DNA of 64,000 bases. It comes from Nitrospinales bacterium (GTDB taxonomy: Bacteria; Nitrospinota; Nitrospinia; Nitrospinales; VA-1). Location of the stretch: the NCBI GenBank assembly GCA_965262115.1, contig OZ253496.1, positions 160,001 through 224,000 of the forward strand, in the 5' to 3' direction. The notes under the pieces are model-generated. The model ran no database searches and was not told the origin of the DNA. It saw only the letters and a list, made by a program, of their open reading frames with translations. Positions 29,729 to 39,681 of this stretch are shown piece after piece (positions within the stretch are counted from its first letter, which is position 1; each line of letters starts with the position of its first letter). Both the position numbers and the translations under genes were made by a program.

Positions 29729-30679
29729 TCAAGTGCTGGCAATGAGATTTTCATTCCAGAGTGTTTTTGTTTTGATCATGGTATTGATGATCGTTAATAA
29801 CTTTCTCATGCATGCGGTAATGGCAACTTTAAAGGGTTTGCCCTTTTCGATGAGGCGTGTGTAAAAGGTACGAATCACGGGATTATGCTGCATGGCAGTG
29901 ACGGCGGCCATGTATAAAGCGGCACGCACATTGGCGCGGCCGCCCCAGATACACCGGCGGCCCCGGAACTTTCCGCTGTCCCGATTGAGGGGAGCGAGAC
30001 CGATAAGGGCGGCGATTTGCTTCTGATTAAGAACTCCAAGTTCCGGAACCCCGGCCAAGAGGTTGACAGCCAGAACGGGACCGGCACCGGGAACACTTTG
30101 TATAATCTGGTCGTGCTCACGCCAGGCAGAACTGTTTTTGATGGTTCTGGAAAGGTCGCCATCGATTTTTCGCAAGCGTTTTTTAAGAGATTCGATATGC
30201 TCCTTAATGTCTTTACATATCCATTTTGGAGCTTGTTTTAGACGGGTTTTTTCTTTGGTCAGCATCTCGATCAACTGGCGACGGCGTGTCACTAGAGCTG
30301 AGAGTTCAAGAGATTCTTCGTCTTTGATTTTCCTGACCTCAGGACGTATGGCCTTGGCAAAATGGGCCAGCACAAGAGAATCAATGACATCGGTTTTTGC
30401 CAGTTTCCCGGTGGCTTTGGCAAAATCACGAACTTGCCGTGGGTTGACCACGGCTACTGGCAGTCGACCCGCAACCAGGGCCGAAGCCAACGGGATCTCT
30501 AAGCCGCCTGTGGCTTCCAAAACGATCAATGGAGGATTTAAGGCGGATAAACTCTCGACCAAACCAGCAATCCCTTCTTCATTGTTAGCGGTTTGCCAGG
30601 TTTCTTGAGTCATGCTGTCAGCAACATCCAGATGGAGTTTAGAAATATCGATGCCAATAAAATGGGGTTTCTGATTCAT
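29729..30679 (-). CDS. IS110 recombinase/transposase (DEDD RuvC + Tnp domain)
   Basis: GIDISK, EATGG, KTDVIDS, DSG and ACMRKLL motifs. Confidence 0.96.
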   Translation of the reverse strand: MNQKPHFIGIDISKLHLDVADSMTQETWQTANNEEGIAGLVESLSALNPPLIVLEATGGLEIPLASALVAGRLPVAVVNPRQVRDFAKATGKLAKTDVIDSLVLAHFAKAIRPEVRKIKDEESLELSALVTRRRQLIEMLTKEKTRLKQAPKWICKDIKEHIESLKKRLRKIDGDLSRTIKNSSAWREHDQIIQSVPGAGPVLAVNLLAGVPELGVLNQKQIAALIGLAPLNRDSGKFRGRRCIWGGRANVRAALYMAAVTAMQHNPVIRTFYTRLIEKGKPFKVAITACMRKLLTIINTMIKTKTLWNENLIAST

Positions 30680-30687
30680 AATTTGGT

Positions 30688-30895
30688 CTCCCAGCCTTGC
30701 CGATGCGGGCTCAGTGGCCCAGGCAACTGTTCGGGTTAATCAAAATAGGACACAACGATCTGCGCTTCGGGACGGGCTTAAAAGCCCAAGGGGTAAACGA
30801 TCTATTGTGCCCTGAATCAAATCCTGGGAGCTTGTGGAAAACACAAAACCGGCTTCCCACAGGGCTCACAGGTACAACTACTACAAATTCCCCTT
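30688..30895 (-). ncRNA. IS110 bridge RNA (predicted; ends approximate)
   Basis: 5' stem, target loop with guides at 30788-30797 and 30765-30771, donor loop with guides at 30721-30730 and 30695-30700. Confidence 0.8.
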
Positions 30896-31055
30896 ATGAA
30901 CAACATACAAGGGGTAAAGATCTGTCTCGGCTGAAAAAGACATGGCTCATTACTAGCGTAGGTTCTCCGCTTGATTATTCTTTCCAAACCCTGATCCTTT
31001 TGATAATTTGAATTCCACGATCAATATTTTTAATAACTTTTAACCTCCAAATAAA

Positions 31056-31607
31056 ATGAAACCAGAAAATTTTGTTTTATACAGTGGCGGTGCCCAGGGT
31101 GCCGAGACCGAGTTCGGTAAACAGGCAGAGAAGGTGGGTGCGCAGGAAGTGACCCTGACTTTTGAAGGGCACAAAATTTTCCGGTCACGGGGGGTGAGGG
31201 TGTTGACCACCGACGAACTGCTGAAAGGGGATGTCAGTCTGGCTTATATTGCCAAGTTGATGAATCGTAAATTTAATACCGGCAAGCTTTTCAAAAAAGT
31301 TTTGCAGAGTATTTGGCATCAAATCAATTGTGCCGAAGAAGTATTTGTGGTGGGAAAAATTCTTGAAGACAATACCGTCAAGGGTGGTACTGGTTGGGGG
31401 GCGGAATTCAGCAAGCTGTGTAACAAGCGCCTACATGTTTTTGATCAGGGGCAGAGCTCATGGTTCAAGTGGAGTGCGAATTCCTGGAAAAAAGAAAAAC
31501 AACCTAAAATAAAATGTAAAAACTTTGCCGGAACCGGGACCCGGTTTCTGAATGCTGATGGTAAAAAAGCCATCAAAGATTTGTTTGAAGTCTCCTTCAA
31601 AAAATAA
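31056..31607 (+). CDS. Hypothetical protein, SLOG-like fold
   Basis: SGGAQGAE and KGGTGW motifs. Confidence 0.7.
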   Translation: MKPENFVLYSGGAQGAETEFGKQAEKVGAQEVTLTFEGHKIFRSRGVRVLTTDELLKGDVSLAYIAKLMNRKFNTGKLFKKVLQSIWHQINCAEEVFVVGKILEDNTVKGGTGWGAEFSKLCNKRLHVFDQGQSSWFKWSANSWKKEKQPKIKCKNFAGTGTRFLNADGKKAIKDLFEVSFKK

Positions 31608-31670
31608 GGGTATTTTAAAAAATTGTTTGGCCATGAGTGGCCCTTAGAAAGTAAGGGCCTGCGAATGGGC
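31605..31670. repeat. Degenerate MITE-like repeat (second copy 56564-56667)
   Basis: TAAGGG..TTTAAAAA..TTTGGC.ATGAG.GGCCCTTA..GGGC..GCGAATGG shared by both copies. Confidence 0.6.
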
Positions 31671-31715
31671 TAAGAGAAAATTACTGAATGAATAGAAATC
31701 CCCATTAAAAATACT

Positions 31716-32918
31716 GTGAAATCCCTCCGCGCTGCTTATTTTGATTGTTGTTCTGGTATCAGTGGTGACATGATTCTGGGGGCCTTGGTCGATCTGGGGG
31801 TGGATCCCGGCAAAATCCGCAAGGCCCTCGCGACCCTTGACCTAAAAGGATACCAGCTCCAAACCCGGAAAGTTCAGCGCGGTCGGATCTCAGGCACCAA
31901 GGCCCAGGTCAGCGTAAAAAAATCCTCCCACCCAAAGGCCCGGAAGTATTCTGATATCAAAAAACTGCTTGCCAACTCGGACCTGTCTTCAGCGTCCAAA
32001 AAAAGCGCTCAGGAAATTTTTAAACGTATTGCCCGGGTAGAAGCTGCGATCCATAAAACAACCATAGAAAAAATTCATTTTCATGAAGTTGGAGCCGTGG
32101 ATTCGATTGTAGATATTGTTGGCGGCGTGGTCGCCATTGAATCCTTAAAGCTCGACAGGATTTATGCCTCTCCTCTCAATGTGGGTGAAGGCTTTGTTCA
32201 ATGCGCCCATGGTTATCTGCCTGTTCCTGCTCCCGCCACGTTGAAACTTCTGAAAGGTGTCCCCATTTTCTCCAGTGGGGTTAAAAAAGAGCTAACCACT
32301 CCAACAGGTGCGGCTATGATCGGCTTTTATGCCGATTCTTTTGGATCCCTGCCGACCATGAAAATTATCGACGATGGATATGGGGCAGGGGACCACGTCA
32401 TCCCGGAAATGCCAAATATGCTTCGGGTTGTTCTGGGAGAGGTTCATGGGGAGCCGGGTGAAGAACTTATAATGATCGAAACCAATATTGATGACATGAA
32501 CCCGGAGCTTTATGAAGGAGCCATGGACTCATTATTTAAAGTCGGCGCTTTGGATGTTTTTTTTAACCCGGTCATCATGAAGAAGAGTCGCCCTGCCAAC
32601 AAAATTTCTGTTCTTTCCACCGAGAGTGATAGGCAGGCATTGACCGAAATCCTTCTTCAGGAAACATCCAGCTTTGGTGTTCGTTATTACAAAGTTGGAA
32701 GGACAGTTTTAGAGCGAGAAATGAAAACCGTCAAAACCTCTTGGGGTCCCATCAAAATTAAGATCGGGAAATTGAACGGAAAGATTATACAAGCTTCCCC
32801 CGAGTATGAAGATTGTAAGAAGCTCTCCATTAAAAAGAAAGTATCTGTTAAAATTATCCACGATGAAGCCCATTCCCTGGCAGTTGAACTGATTAACCAG
32901 TTTAATTCCACCCCCTAG
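31716..32918 (+). CDS. larC: Nickel insertion protein LarC
   Basis: SGISGDM, HFHEVGAVDS, PVPAPAT, TPTGAA, ETNIDD and PEYED motifs. Confidence 0.94.
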   Translation: MKSLRAAYFDCCSGISGDMILGALVDLGVDPGKIRKALATLDLKGYQLQTRKVQRGRISGTKAQVSVKKSSHPKARKYSDIKKLLANSDLSSASKKSAQEIFKRIARVEAAIHKTTIEKIHFHEVGAVDSIVDIVGGVVAIESLKLDRIYASPLNVGEGFVQCAHGYLPVPAPATLKLLKGVPIFSSGVKKELTTPTGAAMIGFYADSFGSLPTMKIIDDGYGAGDHVIPEMPNMLRVVLGEVHGEPGEELIMIETNIDDMNPELYEGAMDSLFKVGALDVFFNPVIMKKSRPANKISVLSTESDRQALTEILLQETSSFGVRYYKVGRTVLEREMKTVKTSWGPIKIKIGKLNGKIIQASPEYEDCKKLSIKKKVSVKIIHDEAHSLAVELINQFNSTP

Positions 32919-32969
32919 CAAGTTTAAAGTCTAATAGGGAAGTTTTTTTCTAGCAAGCCAGCACCATCC

Positions 32970-33017
32970 CCAGCACCCCGGTATGGGTCTTTTCAGGCCT
33001 CGGGGTGCTGGTTTTTT
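32970..33017 (+). terminator. Intrinsic terminator
   Basis: CCAGCACCCCG...CGGGGTGCTGG-T6. Confidence 0.7.
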
Positions 33018-33181
33018 CCAAATCCACCGCGCCACAGTCCCCATCCACGTAATATGTTTTAAAGTAAATTATTAGCAGACTCATGTGTTGGCTGCTAAAT
33101 GTGCTTCTAAGTAACTTTGAACATTGAAATTATTTTGTTTTATGTGAACCTGTATGGGCGAGATTTTAAAAGGAGGTTCTC

Positions 33182-33835
33182 ATGCCAGTTCACTTCACTT
33201 ATATTGAGGATCAGGAAACGGACACCACAGAATCCTATTTCTCGGACCATTTCTTAAGAGCGCGGATCGGTGACAGTAAACCCTCCAATAATGAATACGA
33301 TCCTATTTTTGAAGAAGGAAGAAGCGAAACATGGATTCAGTCTCACGAAAAAGAAATCAAGCGAAATAATCTGGAGTATGAAGAGGATGTCAACCAATAC
33401 ATCAGCTTGATGCTTGCCGGAATGGTGAACCCGAAATCGACGGTTTTGGCGCAACAGTATCTGGTGGGGACCGACTCCGATGCAGGTCAAATCGCCATTG
33501 ACCTGAAACTCCAATCCCAGAAATACCAGGTTTTCAGGATCAATGCGGACTTTCTGCTTTTTCATTTAGGGTTGTTCAGTTCTGAGACTAATATTTTGGG
33601 TGAAAAATATTTTGATAAGGGAGGGTCGTATTACAACGCCGCCGCCTGTAGCTTGAGGAATGCCCGGGGAGGGCGTTCGGGGTTGTCCGATGTATTGGAA
33701 AAACTTTCTTTAAAGTTTGGGAAATATGTGGAAATTTTAAGGTATATGAAAAACCAGTCCTCAAACTACTTCAGCTTTCATTTTAAGTTTTCTGAAGAAG
33801 AATTGGCCCGGCTTCAAAAACAATCGATCAAGTAA
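33182..33835 (+). CDS. Hypothetical protein
   Basis: AGGAGG RBS; 217-aa ORF. Confidence 0.8.
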   Translation: MPVHFTYIEDQETDTTESYFSDHFLRARIGDSKPSNNEYDPIFEEGRSETWIQSHEKEIKRNNLEYEEDVNQYISLMLAGMVNPKSTVLAQQYLVGTDSDAGQIAIDLKLQSQKYQVFRINADFLLFHLGLFSSETNILGEKYFDKGGSYYNAAACSLRNARGGRSGLSDVLEKLSLKFGKYVEILRYMKNQSSNYFSFHFKFSEEELARLQKQSIK

Positions 33836-33894
33836 AACTTGAACGAATTTGGTGTTGCCGACTCGTTTATTGACCGAAAAGTGGGAATAAAATA

Positions 33895-33942
33895 TTGACA
33901 ACCATGATCTATAGTTCCTATATTGCTAATTCAATAGCAATA
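33895..33942 (+). promoter_or_regulatory. Promoter with overlapping palindromic operator
   Basis: TTGACA-18-TATATT; TATTGCTA-N6-TAGCAATA at 33921-33942 overlaps the -10. Confidence 0.6.
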
Positions 33943-33958
33943 ATTTTAATTTACAGAT

Positions 33959-34378
33959 ATGTCATTCATGAGAAGCATATTGATTATGGTTTTGATGTGG
34001 GTTCTTTTTGGAGCCACCAATGCGCTGGCCCAGTCCTATCAGCATGGGGAGCACCAGCACCATCAAAGCCCTGTAGTCTCGCCTTTTGACGGGCCGAAAG
34101 GAGTTCAATCTTTACACTGTCTCCTGAGAGGCCACAATCATCGGGTATTTTGCCCTCATTCAAAACCTGATAGGAGTCAGACCACCAATATCGCTATAGA
34201 TTGTGGCGGTAAAACATCAGGTTCAATTCCAAGTACCACATCGTTCAGCAAAGATTTTGCGGAAATGGATTTTCTTTTGCTGATTCATCATGCGCCAGAG
34301 GAAAAACTGGCACCTTCAATATTGCTTACCTTTCATCGTTTCACAGGCGCACTGGATCCTCCTCCTAGATTTATCTAA
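33959..34378 (+). CDS. Secreted His/Cys-rich protein ending DPPPRFI (DUF2946/CruR-like leader candidate)
   Basis: Signal peptide, HGEHQHH, HCLL..H..FCPH and C-terminal PPPR. Confidence 0.65.
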   Translation: MSFMRSILIMVLMWVLFGATNALAQSYQHGEHQHHQSPVVSPFDGPKGVQSLHCLLRGHNHRVFCPHSKPDRSQTTNIAIDCGGKTSGSIPSTTSFSKDFAEMDFLLLIHHAPEEKLAPSILLTFHRFTGALDPPPRFI

Positions 34379-34533
34379 TTAAAATCTCACTAGTTTAAAA
34401 TTTCAGGTCGGTGCGTGGCTCCTCTATCAGGGGCTATGCGTAATTTGTGTTTTCTTTTTTTGTGTTCTTGAAATAAGAGAATACCTTTTGCTTCCGGGCA
34501 ACTAAAAATAATTGATATCTCTGAGGAGCCACA

Positions 34534-35526
34534 ATGTTAAACAGATCTAGATTGAGAGCCATTCATGCAATATTTTTATCCATTGTATGCCTATTGAGTT
34601 TCAATCCAATTGCTGAGGCGGCTTGCGGAGGAACGAACTGCGCTCTGATTGTTGGATCTCAGGATGGTGTGTTGGGTAAGGACAAGTTTGTTATGGATTT
34701 ATCTTACCGTTATGTCCTTGCGGAAAACCACCACCGTGGTTCCAGTAGTACAAATGAGGCGAAGGTTCCAAAAGTAAACTTTGCAACAAAAAAGATTGAG
34801 TCGGAAGAACATACGGAGTTGCGAACGATAAACAAGCTCGTCCAATTTGACGTCAGTTATGGTGTGACAGACAAATTAACTCTTTCCTTAAATGTGCCCT
34901 TTTTAAATGACCGTTATCACGAACATAAGGAAGGGACAAGGTTTAACAATACTAGTGGGACAACAGGATTTGGGGACATCACTTTATTGGCGAAATATGC
35001 CTTGTGGCAAACAACGAAACATATGTTTGTCGGTGGGGTCGGGATAAAATTTGCCACAGGAGATTATAAATTAAATGATAGTAAGGGGGCTATCAATGAA
35101 CAAACATTGCAGCCTGGTACAGGGTCTTACGATGCAATTCTTTCAGGAATTTATAATTACTCCGCTATTCCTAATAAGCTAAACATTTTCACATCTGTGT
35201 CACACAGGTTTACAACAGAAAATGATCTGGATTATCTTTTTGGTGATACCACACTCATTGATGCTGGCGTGGGTTATGTGCTGACAAAAAAAGTCAGTGT
35301 AAGCGGTCAATTGAATTTGAGGATTTCCGGGCGTGACGAATTTGTTAATTTAGATGTGCCAAGCACAGGTGGCGAGTTTTTATTCTTCACGCCGGGAGTC
35401 AGGTTTGCTGTATCTGATGATGTTTCTTTTTATTCGCATGTTCAGCTCCCTATATACCAGAGAGTCAATGATGAAAACCTGGTAACTGATTATGGAATAA
35501 TGCTGGGTGTTTCATATAACTTTTAA
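34534..35526 (+). CDS. Outer-membrane beta-barrel (MetA-pathway/transporter-like) with Cys/His motifs
   Basis: Signal peptide, ACGGTNC, GFGDI, QPGTGS, QLPIYQ and C-terminal SYNF. Confidence 0.8.
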   Translation: MLNRSRLRAIHAIFLSIVCLLSFNPIAEAACGGTNCALIVGSQDGVLGKDKFVMDLSYRYVLAENHHRGSSSTNEAKVPKVNFATKKIESEEHTELRTINKLVQFDVSYGVTDKLTLSLNVPFLNDRYHEHKEGTRFNNTSGTTGFGDITLLAKYALWQTTKHMFVGGVGIKFATGDYKLNDSKGAINEQTLQPGTGSYDAILSGIYNYSAIPNKLNIFTSVSHRFTTENDLDYLFGDTTLIDAGVGYVLTKKVSVSGQLNLRISGRDEFVNLDVPSTGGEFLFFTPGVRFAVSDDVSFYSHVQLPIYQRVNDENLVTDYGIMLGVSYNF

Positions 35527-35536
35527 AAAATAAACA

Positions 35537-36058
35537 ATGTTTAGATTAATTATATTTGTTTTTTTCAGTTTCTTTTTGTCGGGTATGGCTGGGTCTCCTC
35601 CTTTTGTAGGAGGGCTAGCCCCGACGTTTGAGTTAGAGGCCACAAATGGAAGGATTTTAAAATTATCCGATTTGAAGGGTAAAACCATTATTCTAAATTT
35701 TTGGGCTACATGGTGTGTGCCATGCATTAAAGAAATGCCATCTCTAAGAAAAGCATACCCTTCACTAAAGAACAAAGATGTTGAGATCGTAGCAATAAAT
35801 TTTGCAGAATCTAAAGAGCGTGTGGAAAAATTCGTCTCCGAACATCATTTGAATTTTCCTGTTTTATTGGATAGCTATGGGGATACATCACAAGATTATA
35901 GGGTTAGAGGTTTGCCTGTAACTTATTTCATTACTCCAGACGGTATCGTAGGGGATGAAATAGTGGGTGGTGGTCTAACTCTGGAGTTGATCGAAGAAAA
36001 GCTCAGACATTTAGCTCATCCAATGCCACCCCAGAGCGCAACATTGCAATCCAATTAA
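35537..36058 (+). CDS. TlpA/ResA-like thiol-disulfide oxidoreductase
   Basis: NFWATWCVPC motif. Confidence 0.9.
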   Translation: MFRLIIFVFFSFFLSGMAGSPPFVGGLAPTFELEATNGRILKLSDLKGKTIILNFWATWCVPCIKEMPSLRKAYPSLKNKDVEIVAINFAESKERVEKFVSEHHLNFPVLLDSYGDTSQDYRVRGLPVTYFITPDGIVGDEIVGGGLTLELIEEKLRHLAHPMPPQSATLQSN

Positions 36059-36145
36059 GTTGGCGACTAGCAGTCTGCAAAGGATTTAATCTTCCTGTGA
36101 TACTGGGTTTGAGTTTCTAGGAGTCGGGGAAGGGTGCCCGGAAAT

Positions 36146-36421
36146 TTATCGGCCCTGTTTGTTCATGAATTCATCAAAGTGTTTCTGATACATGATGTCC
36201 CATTCTGGTGATCCTTCACGAGGCCCCTTGCTATAAGTGTTTAATATTCGGCGGGATTCTGCATCGGCCTTATCATCAAGTTGGAGAATGTCAGTCATCA
36301 CCCGGGTAATTTCCAGACGGATGTCATTGAGTTCGACTTTGTAATCCAGTTCATCACGTTTGGCAAAATCGCGGACGATGAGACTGCTGATATGGTTGAT
36401 TTTTTCTCGGCTGATTTTCAT
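36146..36421 (-). CDS. DUF507-family protein
   Basis: MKISREKINHIS and EGSPEWDIMY motifs; tandem with paralog. Confidence 0.75.
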   Translation of the reverse strand: MKISREKINHISSLIVRDFAKRDELDYKVELNDIRLEITRVMTDILQLDDKADAESRRILNTYSKGPREGSPEWDIMYQKHFDEFMNKQGR

Positions 36422-36433
36422 AATTTACGGGGT

Positions 36434-36715
36434 TTAAAGAATAAGCCCTCGTTCACGCACTAATTTTGATTTCACCATCTGGAACACTCGCCCGTAATCC
36501 ATAATACTTCTTTCATACTCTTCGGTTTTGGAATCAAGCAAAGTTTTTACTTCTTCGTTGAGCCGGTCTTCAACCATGAGGTCTTCAGTAATAATATCAT
36601 TGATGACGGATTGCAGTTTTTCAGGTGGTTCCTCCCAGACAATCAAATCCTTATCCATCAAGGATTTGACAATTTTTTTGGCGAGAAGTTCGGTAAGGTC
36701 TTTAGGAATACGCAT
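36434..36715 (-). CDS. DUF507-family protein
   Basis: EDRLNEEV and FQMVKSKLVRERG motifs. Confidence 0.8.
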   Translation of the reverse strand: MRIPKDLTELLAKKIVKSLMDKDLIVWEEPPEKLQSVINDIITEDLMVEDRLNEEVKTLLDSKTEEYERSIMDYGRVFQMVKSKLVRERGLIL

Positions 36716-36748
36716 TATTTGAACAATTAGGTTTTAATTTTATTAAAG

Positions 36749-36821
36749 AGCGGGAGACGGGGTTCGAACCCGCGACATTCAGCTTGGGAAGCTGACACTC
36801 TACCAACTGAGCTACTCCCGC
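36749..36821 (-). tRNA. tRNA-Gly (CCC)
   Basis: Reverse complement GCGGGAG-TAGCTCAGTTGGTAGAG...TCAGC-TTCCCAA-GCTGA...GGTTCGAACC..CTCCCGCT; CCA not encoded. Confidence 0.95.
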
Positions 36822-36828
36822 CTGATCG

Positions 36829-37017
36829 TCAGTCAGAGCTTTTTTCACCCAGAATCAAAAAACAGTTTGTATCGGTCACCTGTATGTCTATGATTGGAAT
36901 TTTCTGCTGGTGCATCTCCTGAATGAGCTTATTAACCATGCTATCTATCGCCGCAGCGCCTTCTTCGGCAATATCGAGGACTCTGATACCTGTGACTATT
37001 TGGTTGTTAAGGGACAT
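36829..37017 (-). CDS. Small hypothetical protein
   Basis: 62-aa ORF co-oriented with the tRNA and DUF507 genes. Confidence 0.55.
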   Translation of the reverse strand: MSLNNQIVTGIRVLDIAEEGAAAIDSMVNKLIQEMHQQKIPIIDIQVTDTNCFLILGEKSSD

Positions 37018-37472
37018 TCAATTAAAAGCCGACCCGGCTACCCGCCTGTCCATAGACCATTACCCCTTGAATTTAAAGGGGAAACAAGTTTTACGGTGTG
37101 ACCAAATTTTCAGGCATTATCCACTATTTACCTCTTGTAATCAATACTAATTGGAGAATCCGCCTAAAAACAGGAGTACTTCTGTAGTTCATACAACATT
37201 TTACGGGGCGGATTCGACTGGGAATGTCGCTCTTTATTCAGTGAAGGCCCAAGTTGATCTAGGGGGTTATGTTTTTAATATGACGCACTATCGGCGCGAG
37301 GCACTTAATTGCATCGAGCAAGGAAATGACATAACTTGCGACTTTAAACCACGTTTAAATTAGCTTTTTCTTGTCGATCAAAATTTGATGAGCGTCGGGT
37401 TATAATATTTCCGCAAAAACTGAGCTCCTCATAAGGACTTTTTAAGAATGACCTAGCGGCTAAAATTATTTG

Positions 37473-37502
37473 AATGTCCGCTTCCGACCCAAAGCGGACA
37501 TT
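37473..37502. repeat. 11-8-11 palindromic site A
   Basis: AATGTCCGCTT-CCGACCCA-AAGCGGACATT with perfect arms. Confidence 0.85.
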
Positions 37503-37536
37503 AGTTCTGTATTAGATAATGGAGATTGTGAGGTAT

Positions 37537-39681
37537 ATGAAAATAGATATTCATGTACATACAAAAAAAACGAAGCAAGGTGATGCTGCGACACGAGAAA
37601 TTGAGGCGAAAAGATTTCACAGAATCATCTCATCTACTGAAGTAAAGATAGTCGCGATTACCAATCATAATGTTTTCGATTCGGCTCAATATAAAGAGTT
37701 CGTCGAGGCCGTAGGCAACGATTTTCAAATATGGCCAGGTGTAGAGCTTGATGTCCTTGAGGATGGCCGTAAAGGCCATCTAATAGTGGTGGTATCGCCA
37801 GAACATGCAAACCAATTAGAAGAGACTATCGTAAAAGTTTCCAAAGATAAAAGTCCTGACAATTTCAATATTTCTATCAGTAAAGTTATATCTAATTTTT
37901 ACAAGCTAAACCCACTTTATATCGCTCACTATCAACAGAAAAAACCCCATTTGTCAGACGAAGATATTGAGCAAATTATTACAAGCACATCGAACAAAAA
38001 TAGAATGCTAAAGGAAGCAACCAATGCAGTTTCTGCCGGAATTTTTATTAGTCATGGTCACGCTTCCATTTATGGTTCTGATCTGCAAGATTGGGAGAAA
38101 TATCAATCAAATTCGGAAAATCTTCCTGATCTCAGGTTGCCAGTTGAGAGCTTTGAGCAATTTTGTTTGCTGCTTGATAAAGATCAGAAGGCCATTGACA
38201 CTCTTTTGGACAAAAAATCCCACGAAAAAATTCTTATAGAACCTTTTAAGGATGATCCGCCGCTAGAGCTGATTGTTTATGACGATATCAATATATTTTT
38301 TGGAGCAAAAGGAACAGGAAAATCAGAAATATTAACTGCTATAGGAAATTATTATTCTAACAAAGGAATAGCATGCAGGAAGTTTGAGGCTGGGTCTGAT
38401 ACGTTGGAAGAAATATATGATTTTAGCGGAAAGAATTTAAAGCTTGACCTAAATGATTACGATATTAATTATTGTCTCAAAGAAATTGAATTAATCAAGA
38501 ATGCCCAAGAGGTAAGCATAACTAGTTTATCAAAATACATAAATTTTCATAAAGGAAGTCTAACCAATAAAAAGGCAAAAAAAATAAAGATTAAGGATTT
38601 TTCGAAGGTGGATACCAAGAATTCCGAGAGACAATTTAAAAAGATACAAATTTCTGATAGGAAAGTAAAAGAATTTAAGGAATTCATAGTACAAAATACT
38701 GTTATTAAAGAAATCCTAACCGAAGAAAAAATCGGTACTCTAATCGCGATATTGACGGAAGCCATTCAAGGACTTGAAGAAAAAAGTTTTGAAGAATTCT
38801 CGAATGAAAAAACAGCTCATCTTTTTAATGGAATTATTGAAAAATTTAAAATGGAGGTTTCTATAAAAACCGGAACCCCTACCAAACCTAGTGAAACTGG
38901 ATTCCGTAAATACGCCGAAAACCGAATAAATATCGAAATGGCAGCAAAAACCATAACGGACAATATCAATAAAAAAATTGAGCCCACTAAAGAGTATGTA
39001 GGAAACCTAGATGAAAAAGGTGATCTATGCTGCAAAACCGAGATCGTGATCCAGAATGGTAAAATTAGTGATAGTAAATTTAAAACAATTAACAAATCAA
39101 TTAAAAAAAATCCGCAAAAAGACTTCTCAAAGAAAATTGCAAACATCAGAGGCAAGGTGTATACCCACGACCTTTTCGAGGAAATTTCGGAGCTGAATCA
39201 ATTAGAGGACATAGACAAAATCCCAACCATTCTTGAGCTTTTAATTTTCAATAAAATTTTTACAATTAAAGATAGTGAGTACAAGCCATCAACAGGAAAG
39301 GCTTCAATGATATTGCTTCATAAAGAGCTAAGTGAAGAGAAGGATGTGTATATTTTAGATGAGCCTGAAAAAAGCTTGGGCAATGAATATATCAACAACG
39401 TAATTGTTCCCCTAATTAAAGAAAAAGCAAAAATCGGGAAAAAATTATTTATTGCGACACACGATGCCAACATTGCAGTTAGAACCTTACCATACAACTC
39501 GGTTTATCGGCACCATAGTCAAAAGGGATATGAGACATATGTAGGCAATCCATTTTCCAATAATCTTGTGTATATCAAGGGATCGCAGGAAAATTTGGAT
39601 TGAAAAAATATAAGCATGAGGACATTAGAGGGTGGAATAGAAGCTTTTGGAGAAAGGGACCAAATATATGGTAACCCATGA
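37537..39681 (+). pseudogene. PHP-domain + ABC/AAA ATPase (TrlF/Ppl-like defence protein) with premature TGA at 39601
   Basis: DIHVHT, TNHN, PGVE, GSD, Walker A GAKGTGKS, LDEPE and ATHDAN motifs. The conserved-looking tail LEGGIEAFGER..Y lies in frame after the TGA. Confidence 0.8.

Larger units (their letters stand above)
29712..30911 (-). mobile_element. IS110-family insertion sequence (IS621-like), apparently complete
   Basis: CT core at both ends (30911-30910 and 29713-29712). Right end TTGACA...ACAGTTG-CT; left end CT-TGTATGTT; about 230-nt non-coding left end. Confidence 0.9.

Noticed and set aside
30697..31011. 104-aa plus-strand ORF
   Set aside because: It spans the IS110 non-coding end and its junction, antisense to the bridge RNA
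14768..32918. larB and larC as a novel pathway
   Set aside because: Dispersed lar cofactor genes without an adjacent larA are common; nothing unusual is visible here
37205..37230. GGGGCGGATTCGAC resembling a tmRNA 5' end
   Set aside because: The D-loop segment is missing, and there is no matching T-arm/CCA end or tag ORF downstream. The region reads better as a protein-gene fragment (37151-37363).
39601..39603. Selenocysteine or alternative genetic code (TGA=Trp)
   Set aside because: TGA terminates many normal genes here (rne, hemC, tatC) and the context suggests Trp, so a nonsense mutation is simpler
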